This document shows, one piece after another, positions 18,090 to 27,416 of a stretch of 31,231 bases of DNA. Each line of letters opens with the position of its first letter. Within the stretch, counting starts at the first letter, position 1. Below the pieces are notes generated by a model. The model searched no databases and had not been told where the DNA came from. It saw only the letters and a list, made by a program, of their open reading frames with translations. The translations under genes and the position numbers were made by a program. Origin of the DNA: Hyphomicrobiales bacterium (GTDB taxonomy: Bacteria; Pseudomonadota; Alphaproteobacteria; Rhizobiales; JAUVMS01); assembly GCA_030600135.1 (NCBI GenBank), contig JAUVMS010000001.1, positions 1-31,231 on the forward strand, in the 5' to 3' direction.

Positions 18090-19445
18090 TCAACCTTCGT
18101 CGGCAATGTTTGACGGGCGGCCGACAATCGTCACGATGAGTGAATCTGGTTTGAGTAGTTTCTTGGCGACACGCTTGATATCGTCGATCGTGATAGCATC
18201 AATCAGGCCGTTTCGCTTGTCGACGTATTCGATCCCCAATTCCTCCACCTGGATCCACAGCAATTGGCTCGCAATCTTCGTGCTGGTGTCGAACCTCAGC
18301 GCATAGGACCCGGTCAGATATTGCTGAGCGTCTACAAGTTCCTCTAGCGTCGGCCCATGCTCGGCCATCCGTCTGAGTTCGTCGCGAATGACCTTCAGCG
18401 ACTCTGCAATTCCCTCATTTTTGGTCGCCACACCGCCGAAATAGATCGAAGCATGAACATAAGGATAGACGTAGCTGTAGACGGAATAGGCAAGACCACG
18501 CTTTTCGCGCACCTCTTCGGTGAGCCGAGAACTGAAACCGCCACCGCCGAGGATGTAATTGAGTACGTAGGCCGGAATAAAATCCTTATCCTTGCGATTG
18601 ATACCGCCGTGGCCGAATTGCGCGACCGACTGCGGCACGTCCATTTTGATCACTTTGCGGATCGGGCCGTTTTTCGGCACAACCTGCGCAACCTCTTTGA
18701 TGTCGGCTTTTTCGGGTAGCGCTCCGAACACCTCGTCGAGCAGCACGCCGAGTTCTTTGGCATTGATATCACCGACGACGGCAATCTTGAGATTGTCCTT
18801 GGCGAAGTTACGCTTGCGAAACGCTGACAAGTCCTCGCCCGAGATAGCCGCAACCGACTCTCGCGAGCCCTTGACCGAACGCGCATAGGGATGGCCTTCG
18901 AAGGCAATGCGGAACCATTCGCGAGAAGCAATTTTGTCGGGATCTTTGGAATCGAATACGATACCAGTGCTAATCGAAGTCCGCATCCGCTCGACCGCGT
19001 CATTATCGAATCGCGGTTCGTTGAGCGCCATCCTCAACAGCTTGACGGCTTCCTCACGGTTTACCGTTAGGGTCTGAAAGCTTCCCGAAAATGCATCGCG
19101 GCTGGCCGAGGACTGCATTCGGATCGCTAGTTCGTCGAGCTTGCTTTGAAACTCGGCCGCGCGCATCTCGCCGGCTCCTTCATCGAGCATGCTCGTCAAG
19201 AAGTTTGCCACACCGGGTTTGCCTTCAGGGTCCTGCGAGGACCCTCCACGAAAAGCGTACCGCAACGCCATGAGTGGCACGCTATGCTCCTCGACAAGCC
19301 AAGCCTTAATGCCACCCGGGCTCGTGATTTCTTGAATTTTCATCGCTCTTGCATCGCTCGTTGCGGAGAATATTGCGATCGCCATAACCGCCAATGCGAT
19401 TTTAGCGCGAAGCATTCCGTTTGCAGGAGTGGTTTTGGAAATCAT
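18090..19445 (-). CDS. M16 family peptidase, non-catalytic-type subunit
   Basis: Motifs SPGGIKAWLVE, GVANFLTSMLDEGAG (no HxxEH), NYILGGGGFSSRL and VREKRGLAYSVY, with a signal-peptide-like N-terminus. Confidence 0.92.
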   Translation of the reverse strand: MISKTTPANGMLRAKIALAVMAIAIFSATSDARAMKIQEITSPGGIKAWLVEEHSVPLMALRYAFRGGSSQDPEGKPGVANFLTSMLDEGAGEMRAAEFQSKLDELAIRMQSSASRDAFSGSFQTLTVNREEAVKLLRMALNEPRFDNDAVERMRTSISTGIVFDSKDPDKIASREWFRIAFEGHPYARSVKGSRESVAAISGEDLSAFRKRNFAKDNLKIAVVGDINAKELGVLLDEVFGALPEKADIKEVAQVVPKNGPIRKVIKMDVPQSVAQFGHGGINRKDKDFIPAYVLNYILGGGGFSSRLTEEVREKRGLAYSVYSYVYPYVHASIYFGGVATKNEGIAESLKVIRDELRRMAEHGPTLEELVDAQQYLTGSYALRFDTSTKIASQLLWIQVEELGIEYVDKRNGLIDAITIDDIKRVAKKLLKPDSLIVTIVGRPSNIADEG

Positions 19446-19461
19446 CGAATACCTCGCAGCG

Positions 19462-20868
19462 TCACGACTTTGATACAGTTTTGCCTTGAGCGCTCGGATC
19501 CTTGCGTTCCGCTTTTTTCTCCGCAGGCACCAAATACCCGGTCACAGAGCGCTTCAAGTCGAAGTGCTTTCGAGCCACACCCAACACGTCTTCAGCCGTG
19601 ACTTTGGACAAGCGTTCAGGCCACGCCTCGACATCTTCAACCGAACGCCCCATCGCCAACCCCCAACCATAACGACGCGCGAGCGTCGATTGGCTGTCAT
19701 TGCCGTAGATGTAGTCGGCCAGGTAGTTCTTCTTGGCGCGCTCCAGTTCGTCGTCCGTGATGCCATTCGCCACAACATCGGCAATGATCGCATCAGCGGC
19801 TTTTTCGACTTGCTCCAAGCTGATCCCATCCTGCGCCACGGCATAAACGCCAATTCGCGAGGAATCGAGCCCGCTGCCACCGTACCACCCTCCGGCACTT
19901 GACGCGATCTTCTGCTTAACCACCAAATCCTTATACAGCCGACTTGTCGATCCGCCGCCGACGACCTTCATCAGCAAATCGAGCGCCTCGGCTTCACCGG
20001 CCTCGGCCGAGGAATAGCTCGGCGCCAGATAAACTCGCTGCATTGTTGGTTGACCAGCACGAGGGTCCTCGAGGCGAACCCGTCGCGCGGCGCGATGTGG
20101 CGGCTCTCCCGGACGGGGATCGCGCACGGCGTTATCGTTGGCCGGGATCTCGCCAAAAGTTTTTTCGGCCAACGCCATGACTTCGTCCGGCTTAACGTCG
20201 CCCGATACGATGAGGATGGCGTTGTTAGGCGCATAGTAGCGCCCGTAGTGGGTCAAGGCGTCTGCCCGGTTGAGTTCGGCCATCTCGTGTTCCCAGCCAA
20301 TGATCGGGATGCCATAGGGATGGCCCTGATAGAGCGCAGCCATCATCTCTTCGCTGAGGATACTCGATGGATTGTTGTCGACGCGCGATCTGCGTTCCTC
20401 GAGAATGACGTTGCGCTCGGTCAACACGTCCTTTTCGCGCAGCTTGAGGTTGACCATGCGATCCGCCTCCATCTCCATCACGAGCGGAAGTCGATCCTTG
20501 GCGACCCGTTGAAAATATGCCGTCACGTCTTGACCGGTAAAGGCGTTGTCCTGTCCGCCATTGCGAGCAATGACCTTGGAAAATGCCCCCGGCGCGATCT
20601 TGTCGGTGCCCTTGAACATCAAATGTTCGAGGAAATGGGCGATGCCGGAGTGACCCTTCGGCTCGTCGGCGGCGCCAACCCGATACCACACCATGTGGGT
20701 AACGACCGGCGCCCTGTGGTCGGAGATGACAACCACATCCATGCCATTCTTGAGTTTTGTGTGAAATGCCCGATTTCCGGCCGCGGCCGGCTGGGAAAGG
20801 TTTGCGGTGGCTGCCATCAAGAGCCCTATTGCAAGGTGGGAAAGGAACCGTCTCGATTGAACGTGCAT
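19462..20868 (-). CDS. M16 family zinc peptidase, catalytic subunit
   Basis: Motifs LKNG, WYRVGAADE, HFLEHLMFKGT (HxxEH), NAFT, ERNVILEERR and HPYGIPIIGW. The start is placed at ATG 20868 after GAGGAG. Confidence 0.94.
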   Translation of the reverse strand: MHVQSRRFLSHLAIGLLMAATANLSQPAAAGNRAFHTKLKNGMDVVVISDHRAPVVTHMVWYRVGAADEPKGHSGIAHFLEHLMFKGTDKIAPGAFSKVIARNGGQDNAFTGQDVTAYFQRVAKDRLPLVMEMEADRMVNLKLREKDVLTERNVILEERRSRVDNNPSSILSEEMMAALYQGHPYGIPIIGWEHEMAELNRADALTHYGRYYAPNNAILIVSGDVKPDEVMALAEKTFGEIPANDNAVRDPRPGEPPHRAARRVRLEDPRAGQPTMQRVYLAPSYSSAEAGEAEALDLLMKVVGGGSTSRLYKDLVVKQKIASSAGGWYGGSGLDSSRIGVYAVAQDGISLEQVEKAADAIIADVVANGITDDELERAKKNYLADYIYGNDSQSTLARRYGWGLAMGRSVEDVEAWPERLSKVTAEDVLGVARKHFDLKRSVTGYLVPAEKKAERKDPSAQGKTVSKS

Positions 20869-21119
20869 AGGCGTCTCAGCACTCCTCGAGGCGCGGATGA
20901 GATGACCACGCGTTTGACCCAATCGCACCGCGGTGTCGGACGCCGAGCGCTGCGACGCGAATTCGAATGCTGATTTTGTGCGTGAACCGGCCCAAGTCAA
21001 ATTACATGTTGTTCATAAGCGAGGGAAGACTCTAGGCATTTGGGACTATTTTGATTCACAAAGCCCAGCCATGCAAAGGACTTAGCGACGAGTGGTTCGT
21101 GTGGAGCGCTGAATGGTTC

Positions 21120-21554
21120 CTACTGAATTTGCACAGGCGCTTTCTTGGCAGCGCCGCTTATGTAGTCGGCGATTGCAGACCGGCACAACTGGCCGTTCTG
21201 GGTCACCTTGTTATACTCGTCCAGCTTGGTCAGCTTCATCCATTTGGCATCTTGGCAGTACTTCTTGATGAGCGCCGCCATTTCGGCTTCTTGCGATGCT
21301 TTCCTGTCTTCGGCATCGACCGGCCAACTTGCGTCGGCCTGCGCGACCCGCCCAGATCCGGGCGCGGGCAAATCATTGGTCGGCGGAACGACCAGGGACG
21401 ATCGTTGCGCGACTGTCGGCTCGTCGCGGGGCCCGGAATTGCCCGAGCTCACTCCAAACGCATTGAATTCAACACCGTCGATCCCGCCGCAACCGGCGAG
21501 GCCCAGCGTTGCGACGATAAGCGTTACCGCGCCAATCCAATCAAGCTGTTTCAT
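21120..21554 (-). CDS. Lipoprotein of unknown function (DUF3035-like position and LVVPP motif)
   Basis: ATG 21554, a hydrophobic stretch and the lipobox LAGC, then RSSLVVPPTNDLPAPG. It sits between lspA and the M16 pair. Confidence 0.8.
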   Translation of the reverse strand: MKQLDWIGAVTLIVATLGLAGCGGIDGVEFNAFGVSSGNSGPRDEPTVAQRSSLVVPPTNDLPAPGSGRVAQADASWPVDAEDRKASQEAEMAALIKKYCQDAKWMKLTKLDEYNKVTQNGQLCRSAIADYISGAAKKAPVQIQ

Positions 21555-21621
21555 GCCGTCCCCCAGTCGACCCACAATCGGTAAGTTCGACCGACTATTA
21601 CGCGATACCAAACCTTGGCCA

Positions 21622-22143
21622 CTAACCCTCTTTTGGGGCCTTTTTGCGACTCGCGATGAGTGAGTCATACAAGAGCCCGGCGGCGCCGGCAACTATGGCG
21701 ACATCGGCCAAATTGAAGATGTACCAATAGTAGCCAAATACATGGAACGAGTAGAAGTCGGCAACGCCACCGAGCGAGAGGCGATCCACGGCATTGCCGA
21801 GCGCGCCACCGATGATTAGGCCGAGCGAGGCGGCGATCAAATATGAGCCGGTACGCGTAAGCCAAACAAACATACCGAGGCTGACCACAACCGCCACTCC
21901 GGCCAGCAGATACTGGCCCTGCGCGTTATCGAGCGAGAACATGCCGTAGCTGATGCCGGTATTCTTGACGTAGATGAGATCGAGGAATGGGGTGAGCTCG
22001 ATCCGCCCTTTGTCCTCGATGCGGTAAACCTGCAACAGCCACCACTTGTTTGCCTGATCGCAGACAATGACGATCGCGGCCAACAGCAAGCCGAACCGGG
22101 TCAACGGTCCCGACAGCCGAATGTGTCTTGCCTCGTCAATCAT
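21622..22143 (-). CDS. lspA: Lipoprotein signal peptidase (signal peptidase II)
   Basis: Motifs DQANK, NTGISYG, GGALGNAVDR, VADF and FNLAD. The start is ATG 22143. Confidence 0.96.
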   Translation of the reverse strand: MIDEARHIRLSGPLTRFGLLLAAIVIVCDQANKWWLLQVYRIEDKGRIELTPFLDLIYVKNTGISYGMFSLDNAQGQYLLAGVAVVVSLGMFVWLTRTGSYLIAASLGLIIGGALGNAVDRLSLGGVADFYSFHVFGYYWYIFNLADVAIVAGAAGLLYDSLIASRKKAPKEG

Positions 22144-22220
22144 CGGTTGCCCTCGCCCCGGCCTGGCCCTTCGAGCCAACATGACGCGATTCGTCCAATT
22201 TGTATGGTCTTGCCGAAGGA

Positions 22221-25220
22221 CTATTGTGCCGCCCGGCGCCGGGCGGCGAATTGCCGAACGGCCTCACCATCGCGGGGGCTGAGGTCGGGATATTCCGGGT
22301 CCTCGCCGACCTCGGGCAAGATCTTCCACGACCGTTCGCAGCGTCGACCCTCGGCAGGGTTCACAACCACCGCAACGTCGTTCACCTCGTCAAGCCGGAA
22401 TGCCGTTTTCAGCGCTATGCCGTCCGCAATCGTGATCGCGCTGGTGATGGCGATCTCGGCGAAATCGACGCCTTTGAGTGCCTCGCGCAATGCTTTGTCA
22501 TCAATGTGCACCACCGGCGCTGCCTCGAGGCTCGAGCCAATACGCTTTTCACGCCGCTCCACCTCGAGCGCGCCCGTAACGACCCGGCGCACGGCCCGGA
22601 TCCTCCGCCACTTCTCCGCCAGTGCAGCATCGGCCCACGACTTGGGAACGTCCGGAAAGACCCGCATGTGCACCGAGCCGTCCTCCGAGGGATAGCGCGC
22701 CAGCCACACCTCCTCGGCCGTGAAACACAACATCGGGGCCAGCCAAGCCGTGAGGTGCGAAAAGACCTCATCGAGCACGGTCAGACAGGCCCGGCGGGTC
22801 AGCCCGTCGTAGGGGTCGCAGTAGAGCGCATCTTTGCGAATATCGAAATAGAACGCCGACAAATCGACCGTCGCGAAATTGAAAAGCGCTTGCGAGATAC
22901 GCTTGAAATCAAAGTCGTCGTAGCCCTTGCGCACCAGCTGGTCGAGTTCATGAAGGCGATGCAGCATATAGCGCTCGAGTTCGGGCATATCCCGCTCCGG
23001 CACCGCGAGCGCCGCATCGTGGTGATGCAGATTACCAAGCAGGAAGCGGAACGTGTTGCGCAGTTTCCGATAGGCATCCACGTTCGACTTGAGGATCTCG
23101 GGACCAATGCGCTGGTCGTCGGCATAATCCGTCGTCATCACCCAGAGCCGAAGAATATCGGCGCCCGATTGGCCGATCACATGTTGCGGATCGACGATGT
23201 TGCCGAGGGATTTGGACATCTTGCGCCCCTCCTCGTCCATCGTGAAGCCATGAGTGATGACCGTGTCATAGGGCGCTCGCCCCCGCGTGCCGCACGATTC
23301 CAGCAATGAGGAATGGAACCAGCCGCGATGCTGGTCGGAGCCCTCGAGATAGACGTCCGCCGGCCACTTGAGGTCCTGGCGTTGTTCGAGCACATAGGTG
23401 TGGGTCGATCCGGAATCGAACCAGACATCCAGGATGTCGCTCACCTGCTCCCATTCATCCACATTGTCGACGAGACCGTCGAGGAACGCGGCCTTGGAAC
23501 CCTCCTCGAACCAGGCATCGGCGCCTCTTTCGCGAAATGCCTTGCCGATACGCTCAATGAGTTCGGCGGAACCGTTGAACTCGGCGTTCGGGATGTAGTC
23601 GTTGGTGCCTTTACGCACGAACACCGTGATCGGCACGCCCCATGCGCGCTGGCGCGAGATCACCCAATCCGGTCGCGATTCGATCATCGAGCGCAGCCGC
23701 CGTTGACCGGCCCTCGGCACGAAACGGGTGTCGTCGATCGCGGCCAGTGCCATTTCGCGCAGCGTCTTATTTGCCCTCTGCCCCTTGACCTCGATGTTCT
23801 CATCCATTGCAATGAACCACTGCGGTGTGTTGCGAAAGATCACCGGTTTCTTGGAACGCCACGAGTGCGGGTACTGGTGTTTCAGCCGGCCGCGCGCGAG
23901 CAGCATCTTCTCGTCCACCAGAGCATCGATAACAGCCTGATTGGCATCACCTTTCTTGCCATTGTCGGTGATGACCTGCTTGCCTGTGAAGCCAGGTGCC
24001 TGCTCGGTAAACCGGCCATCGCCACCGACGGTGAACGGTATCTCCGTATCGATTTGATTCTCTTTGAGCCAAGGCACACGATCCATCCAGATATCGAAGT
24101 CCTCGCGGCCGTGTCCGGGCGCCGTATGGACAAAGCCCGTACCCTCCTCGTCCGTGACGTGATCGGCTTCGAGGAGCGGCACCTTGAAGTCATAGCCCAG
24201 CTTCTTGAGCGGATGCTCGCAACAAAGATCCCGCAACATATCGGGCGTCACATCCAGGATTTTCTTGAAGCCCTCAACGCGCGCCTGTTTCATGACCCCG
24301 TCGGCCAGTCGATCGGCCAAGACTAACTTGTCCCCGACGCGCGCCCAATTGTCCTCAGGCGCCTCGGTGACCTGGTACATGCCGTAGCTGACCCGGTCCG
24401 AGTAGCAGATCGCGCGGTTGCCGGGGATCGTCCACGGCGTCGTCGTCCAGATGACGATCGAAGCGTCGGACAATAGCTCTCGAATTTCACCTTTTTCGCT
24501 GTCGTCGCGCGTACCACCCCAGTTGTCGAACGGAAATTTCACCCAGACCGTGTCCGACTGATAGTCGTGGTACTCGATCTCGGCCTCGGCCAGCGCCGTG
24601 CGCTCGACCACCGACCACATCACCGGCTTGGAGCCGCGATAAAGCGCACCGTTCATGGCAAACTTCATGAGCTCCTCGGCAATTCTCGCCTCGGCCTCAA
24701 AGCTCATGGTCGTATAGGGATTGGCCCAATCGCCCTCGACACCCATGCGCTTGAACTCGGTGCGCTGCACATCGATCCAGTGCTCGGCGAACTCGCGGCA
24801 CTCGCGGCGGAAGTCGACTGTCGGCACCTCGTCCTTGTTCTTGCCCTTGGCCCGATACGGCTCCTCGATCTTCCACTCGATCGGCAACCCGTGACAGTCC
24901 CATCCGGGCACATAGTTGGAGTCCTTGCCCATCATCTGCTGCGAGCGGGTGATCACGTCCTTCAAAATTTTGTTGAGCGCATGGCCGATATGCAGGTGGC
25001 CGTTGGCATAGGGCGGGCCATCGTGCAGCACAAATTTCTCCCGCCCCTTGGAGAGCTTGCGCAGACGCTCGTAGAGCCCGAGTCGATCCCAGCGCGCCAG
25101 CGCTTCCGGCTCGCGCTTTGGCAATCCCGCGCGCATCGGAAAATCCGTTTGCGGCAGAAACAGCGTCTCCCGCCAGTCGCGTCCGGTCTCTTGCGACCCG
25201 CCCGCTTTGTTCTTTGCCAT
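22221..25220 (-). CDS. ileS: Isoleucine--tRNA ligase (bacterial type 1)
   Basis: Motifs [65 protein letters not shown] and KMSKSLGN. The start is ATG 25220 (alternative 25226). Confidence 0.98.
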   Translation of the reverse strand: MAKNKAGGSQETGRDWRETLFLPQTDFPMRAGLPKREPEALARWDRLGLYERLRKLSKGREKFVLHDGPPYANGHLHIGHALNKILKDVITRSQQMMGKDSNYVPGWDCHGLPIEWKIEEPYRAKGKNKDEVPTVDFRRECREFAEHWIDVQRTEFKRMGVEGDWANPYTTMSFEAEARIAEELMKFAMNGALYRGSKPVMWSVVERTALAEAEIEYHDYQSDTVWVKFPFDNWGGTRDDSEKGEIRELLSDASIVIWTTTPWTIPGNRAICYSDRVSYGMYQVTEAPEDNWARVGDKLVLADRLADGVMKQARVEGFKKILDVTPDMLRDLCCEHPLKKLGYDFKVPLLEADHVTDEEGTGFVHTAPGHGREDFDIWMDRVPWLKENQIDTEIPFTVGGDGRFTEQAPGFTGKQVITDNGKKGDANQAVIDALVDEKMLLARGRLKHQYPHSWRSKKPVIFRNTPQWFIAMDENIEVKGQRANKTLREMALAAIDDTRFVPRAGQRRLRSMIESRPDWVISRQRAWGVPITVFVRKGTNDYIPNAEFNGSAELIERIGKAFRERGADAWFEEGSKAAFLDGLVDNVDEWEQVSDILDVWFDSGSTHTYVLEQRQDLKWPADVYLEGSDQHRGWFHSSLLESCGTRGRAPYDTVITHGFTMDEEGRKMSKSLGNIVDPQHVIGQSGADILRLWVMTTDYADDQRIGPEILKSNVDAYRKLRNTFRFLLGNLHHHDAALAVPERDMPELERYMLHRLHELDQLVRKGYDDFDFKRISQALFNFATVDLSAFYFDIRKDALYCDPYDGLTRRACLTVLDEVFSHLTAWLAPMLCFTAEEVWLARYPSEDGSVHMRVFPDVPKSWADAALAEKWRRIRAVRRVVTGALEVERREKRIGSSLEAAPVVHIDDKALREALKGVDFAEIAITSAITIADGIALKTAFRLDEVNDVAVVVNPAEGRRCERSWKILPEVGEDPEYPDLSPRDGEAVRQFAARRRAAQ

Positions 25221-25316
25221 GATCAAATCTGTTTCGTTGTGTTTCAGGCGCTCGATCGTGAGCGCGTTCTAGCCCGCCTTTCTGACAAAGTCACGGCCAG
25301 CCGGAAGGCGAATTGG

Positions 25317-25330
25317 TTGATGGCGATCAA
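25317..25330. promoter_or_regulatory. Perfect FNR/FixK consensus box in the ribF-ileS spacer
   Basis: TTGAT-GGCG-ATCAA is an exact TTGAT-N4-ATCAA, about 100 bp upstream of ileS. Confidence 0.5.
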
Positions 25331-25345
25331 GAGTTGGTTGCGCAC

Positions 25346-26344
25346 TCAGCCGGGCGATGGGACATAGGAACGCGAGCGACTTTGCGCAATCGGCAGCGCG
25401 GCCAGTGGGTCATCGCGATCGACGTCGGCAATGATCCTGCGGGCCGCCTCACAGTCCTGGGCGATTTGCGCGCTGAGTGCTTCTGGCGTCTCGAAGCGCT
25501 TGTCGCCGCGGATGTGTCCCAAAAACTCGACATCGATGTCCTTGCCATATATGTCCTCTTCGAAATCGAAAAGAAACACCTCAAGTACAGGCGGTCCGTC
25601 GTCGAATGTCGGTCGCGTGCCGAGATAGGCCGCACCATCAACCCGCTCCTCGCCCAGATACACCCGCGCGGCATAGATCCCGTGGGCGAGTTCCTGTCCC
25701 GACGCGAGCGCAATATTGGCGGTCGGAAATCCAAGCCCGTGGCCGCGGCCGGCGCCGCCTGTAACTCTTCCTCGCACACGCCACCAGTGGCCGAGTTGCT
25801 CTGCCGCCGCGCGAACCTCACCCTGGCGCAGCAACGCCCGCACGCCGCTCGACGAAAAGATCTCGTTGTCGGCCCCCTCGGGCGCCACGACGGTGACACC
25901 GAAGCCGTGTTTGGCCCCGAGCGCCGTCATGATCTCAGGTGTTCCGAGCCGGCCTTTACCGAAACAGAAATCATAACCGATGACGACGTGGCCAACACCA
26001 AGCCCGTCAACCAGCACATCGCTCACGAATTCATCCGCCGAGAGCGCCGCCAATTCGCGATCAAATGGCAGCACCACTGCCAGATCGAGCCCACACGCTG
26101 CCATGAGTTCAAGCTTGAGCGGCAGCGGGGTTAGCGCGAAAAGCTGCAAATCGGGTTGGAAAAAGACCCGAGGGTGGGGATCAAACAGCAAAGCGCCCGC
26201 ATGGCCCTCGGCCTTACGCGCGACGTCTCGGGCATGAGCAAGCACCGCCTGATGACCACGATGCACGCCGTCAAAGTTGCCTATGGCAAGGACGGCGCGC
26301 TTCAGTTGGTCCGGAACGGTCTTATGAGAGCGCAATATGTGCAT
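25346..26344 (-). CDS. ribF: Bifunctional riboflavin kinase / FAD synthetase
   Basis: Motifs IGNFDGVHRGHQ, FDPHP, VIGYDFCFGKGR, SSSGVR, GFPTAN, GTRPTF and EVFLFD are present. Confidence 0.97.
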   Translation of the reverse strand: MHILRSHKTVPDQLKRAVLAIGNFDGVHRGHQAVLAHARDVARKAEGHAGALLFDPHPRVFFQPDLQLFALTPLPLKLELMAACGLDLAVVLPFDRELAALSADEFVSDVLVDGLGVGHVVIGYDFCFGKGRLGTPEIMTALGAKHGFGVTVVAPEGADNEIFSSSGVRALLRQGEVRAAAEQLGHWWRVRGRVTGGAGRGHGLGFPTANIALASGQELAHGIYAARVYLGEERVDGAAYLGTRPTFDDGPPVLEVFLFDFEEDIYGKDIDVEFLGHIRGDKRFETPEALSAQIAQDCEAARRIIADVDRDDPLAALPIAQSRSRSYVPSPG

Positions 26345-26506
26345 CGCGGCTGGCTCTTAGCCCGACCACGACGTGTTGTCCACAGCTTGCTGGCAAGTTT
26401 TGCTTGGCGCGAGCCACACCTCCGCTAGCACGACCACTGGGCGCGTATTGCTCACAATCAAATTGCCTTGGAGCATACGCGCACCAGCGACGGCCGTGGT
26501 GGCGCG

Positions 26507-26947
26507 TTAGTCAGGTCGCCGTGGCAGCAACATTACAGCTTCGCCTTCAAGCACTACGGTCTCGCCGACCACACACTCGCAAGCAAAAATCGCGCGGCGT
26601 TTGGCCTCTATCAGCTCCTGCACCTCGACCCGTGCCTCGACTTCATCGCCGATTTTGACTGGCGCCCGGAAGTTGAGCGTTTGCGACACATAAATGCAGC
26701 CAGGCCCCGGCAGTTTCATGCCGAACACCGCCGACAGCAGCGCTGCCGAAAGTATCCCATGGGCGATCCGCTCTTTGAAAATAGACTTGGCGGCATAATC
26801 GGGATCGATATGCACAGGATTGAAGTCGCCCGAGATTTCGGCAAAGTTCATGATGTCCGCTTCGGTCACGATTTTTGCGTGGCTCGCGGTCATCCCGACG
26901 TCGAGATCCTCAAAGTACAGCCCGTGTTGTCTTGCGATGGCATCCAT
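26507..26947 (-). CDS. MaoC family (R)-specific enoyl-CoA hydratase, PhaJ-like
   Basis: It carries the hydratase-2 motif FAEISGDFNPVHID, then IAHG, LPGPGCIYVSQTLNFRAPV. Confidence 0.9.
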   Translation of the reverse strand: MDAIARQHGLYFEDLDVGMTASHAKIVTEADIMNFAEISGDFNPVHIDPDYAAKSIFKERIAHGILSAALLSAVFGMKLPGPGCIYVSQTLNFRAPVKIGDEVEARVEVQELIEAKRRAIFACECVVGETVVLEGEAVMLLPRRPD

Positions 26948-27016
26948 GGCTCATCCCCCGTTTAAGAGAACCCGAATCATTCCCCACTAGCCCTCGCACG
27001 TTAGCCGACCTTTCGC

Positions 27017-27028
27017 TGCGCTGCAACA
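27017..27028. promoter_or_regulatory. Candidate PhaR-type box (TGC-N3-GCA) upstream of the MaoC/PhaJ-like gene
   Basis: TGCGCTGCAACA on +, with TGCAGCGCAGCG on - over the overlapping 27014-27025, about 70 bp upstream of the start. Confidence 0.4.
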
Positions 27029-27159
27029 TTTTGGATCGGCGATGATTTCAGCCCTCTCTCGAAACCCGCTAATCGGCGCAGAACACGGGCTTTTCCACAG
27101 TTTCGGTGATGTTTACCCAACCTTCACAGAACGCCACTAGCTTTGCCGGCGAAACGGTT

Positions 27160-27262
27160 GGTGATGCGTTTTCGCTGCAACCGCGAAAAGCAAGGATCGA
27201 TGTGCAAGCATCGATCGCCGGGGGCCGCGGCGGGTCATTTCGAGCCCGCGGCCTCCTTCTTT
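27160..27262 (+). ncRNA. Candidate small RNA or structured leader: three consecutive hairpins ending in a terminator-like stem plus TTCTTT
   Basis: Stems at 27169-27189 (TTTTCGC/GCGAAAA), 27195-27216 (9 bp, GCAA tetraloop) and 27220-27256 (GGGGGCCGCGG/CCGCGGCCTCC), followed by TTCTTT at 27257-27262. No plus-strand gene lies upstream. The 5' end is unknown. Confidence 0.4.
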
Positions 27263-27416
27263 GCCTCCACGTCAAGCCCCGCGAAACCGCGCTAATCTTG
27301 CGAAGTGGCAATTGCCAGCGCAAAGCTGGCGTCCTATATATGCAATCAGATCCCCTAAAAAGGTTTGATAACCTATGGCCTCCGTGCCGAAGCGCGGCGG
27401 TCCCAAGGAGCCTCTT

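Noticed and set aside
25227-25345. T-box leader upstream of ileS
   Set aside because: The spacer is only ~120 bp with no T-box consensus or terminator, and T-boxes are atypical for Alphaproteobacteria.
22200-25367. Long plus-strand ORFs opposite ileS (369, 337 and 266 aa), and similar ORFs opposite the phosphatase, purD, mutL, pgi and M16 genes
   Set aside because: Antisense ORFs are expected from strong GC3 bias, and they show no motifs.
26345-26506. FMN riboswitch upstream of ribF
   Set aside because: None of the conserved RFN element sequence blocks is present.
26376-27099. Replication origin suggested by DnaA-box-like TTGTCCACA (26376-26384) and TTTTCCACA (27091-27099)
   Set aside because: The two boxes are isolated and ~700 bp apart with a gene between them. 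There is no box cluster, AT-rich unwinding element or origin-typical neighbour gene.
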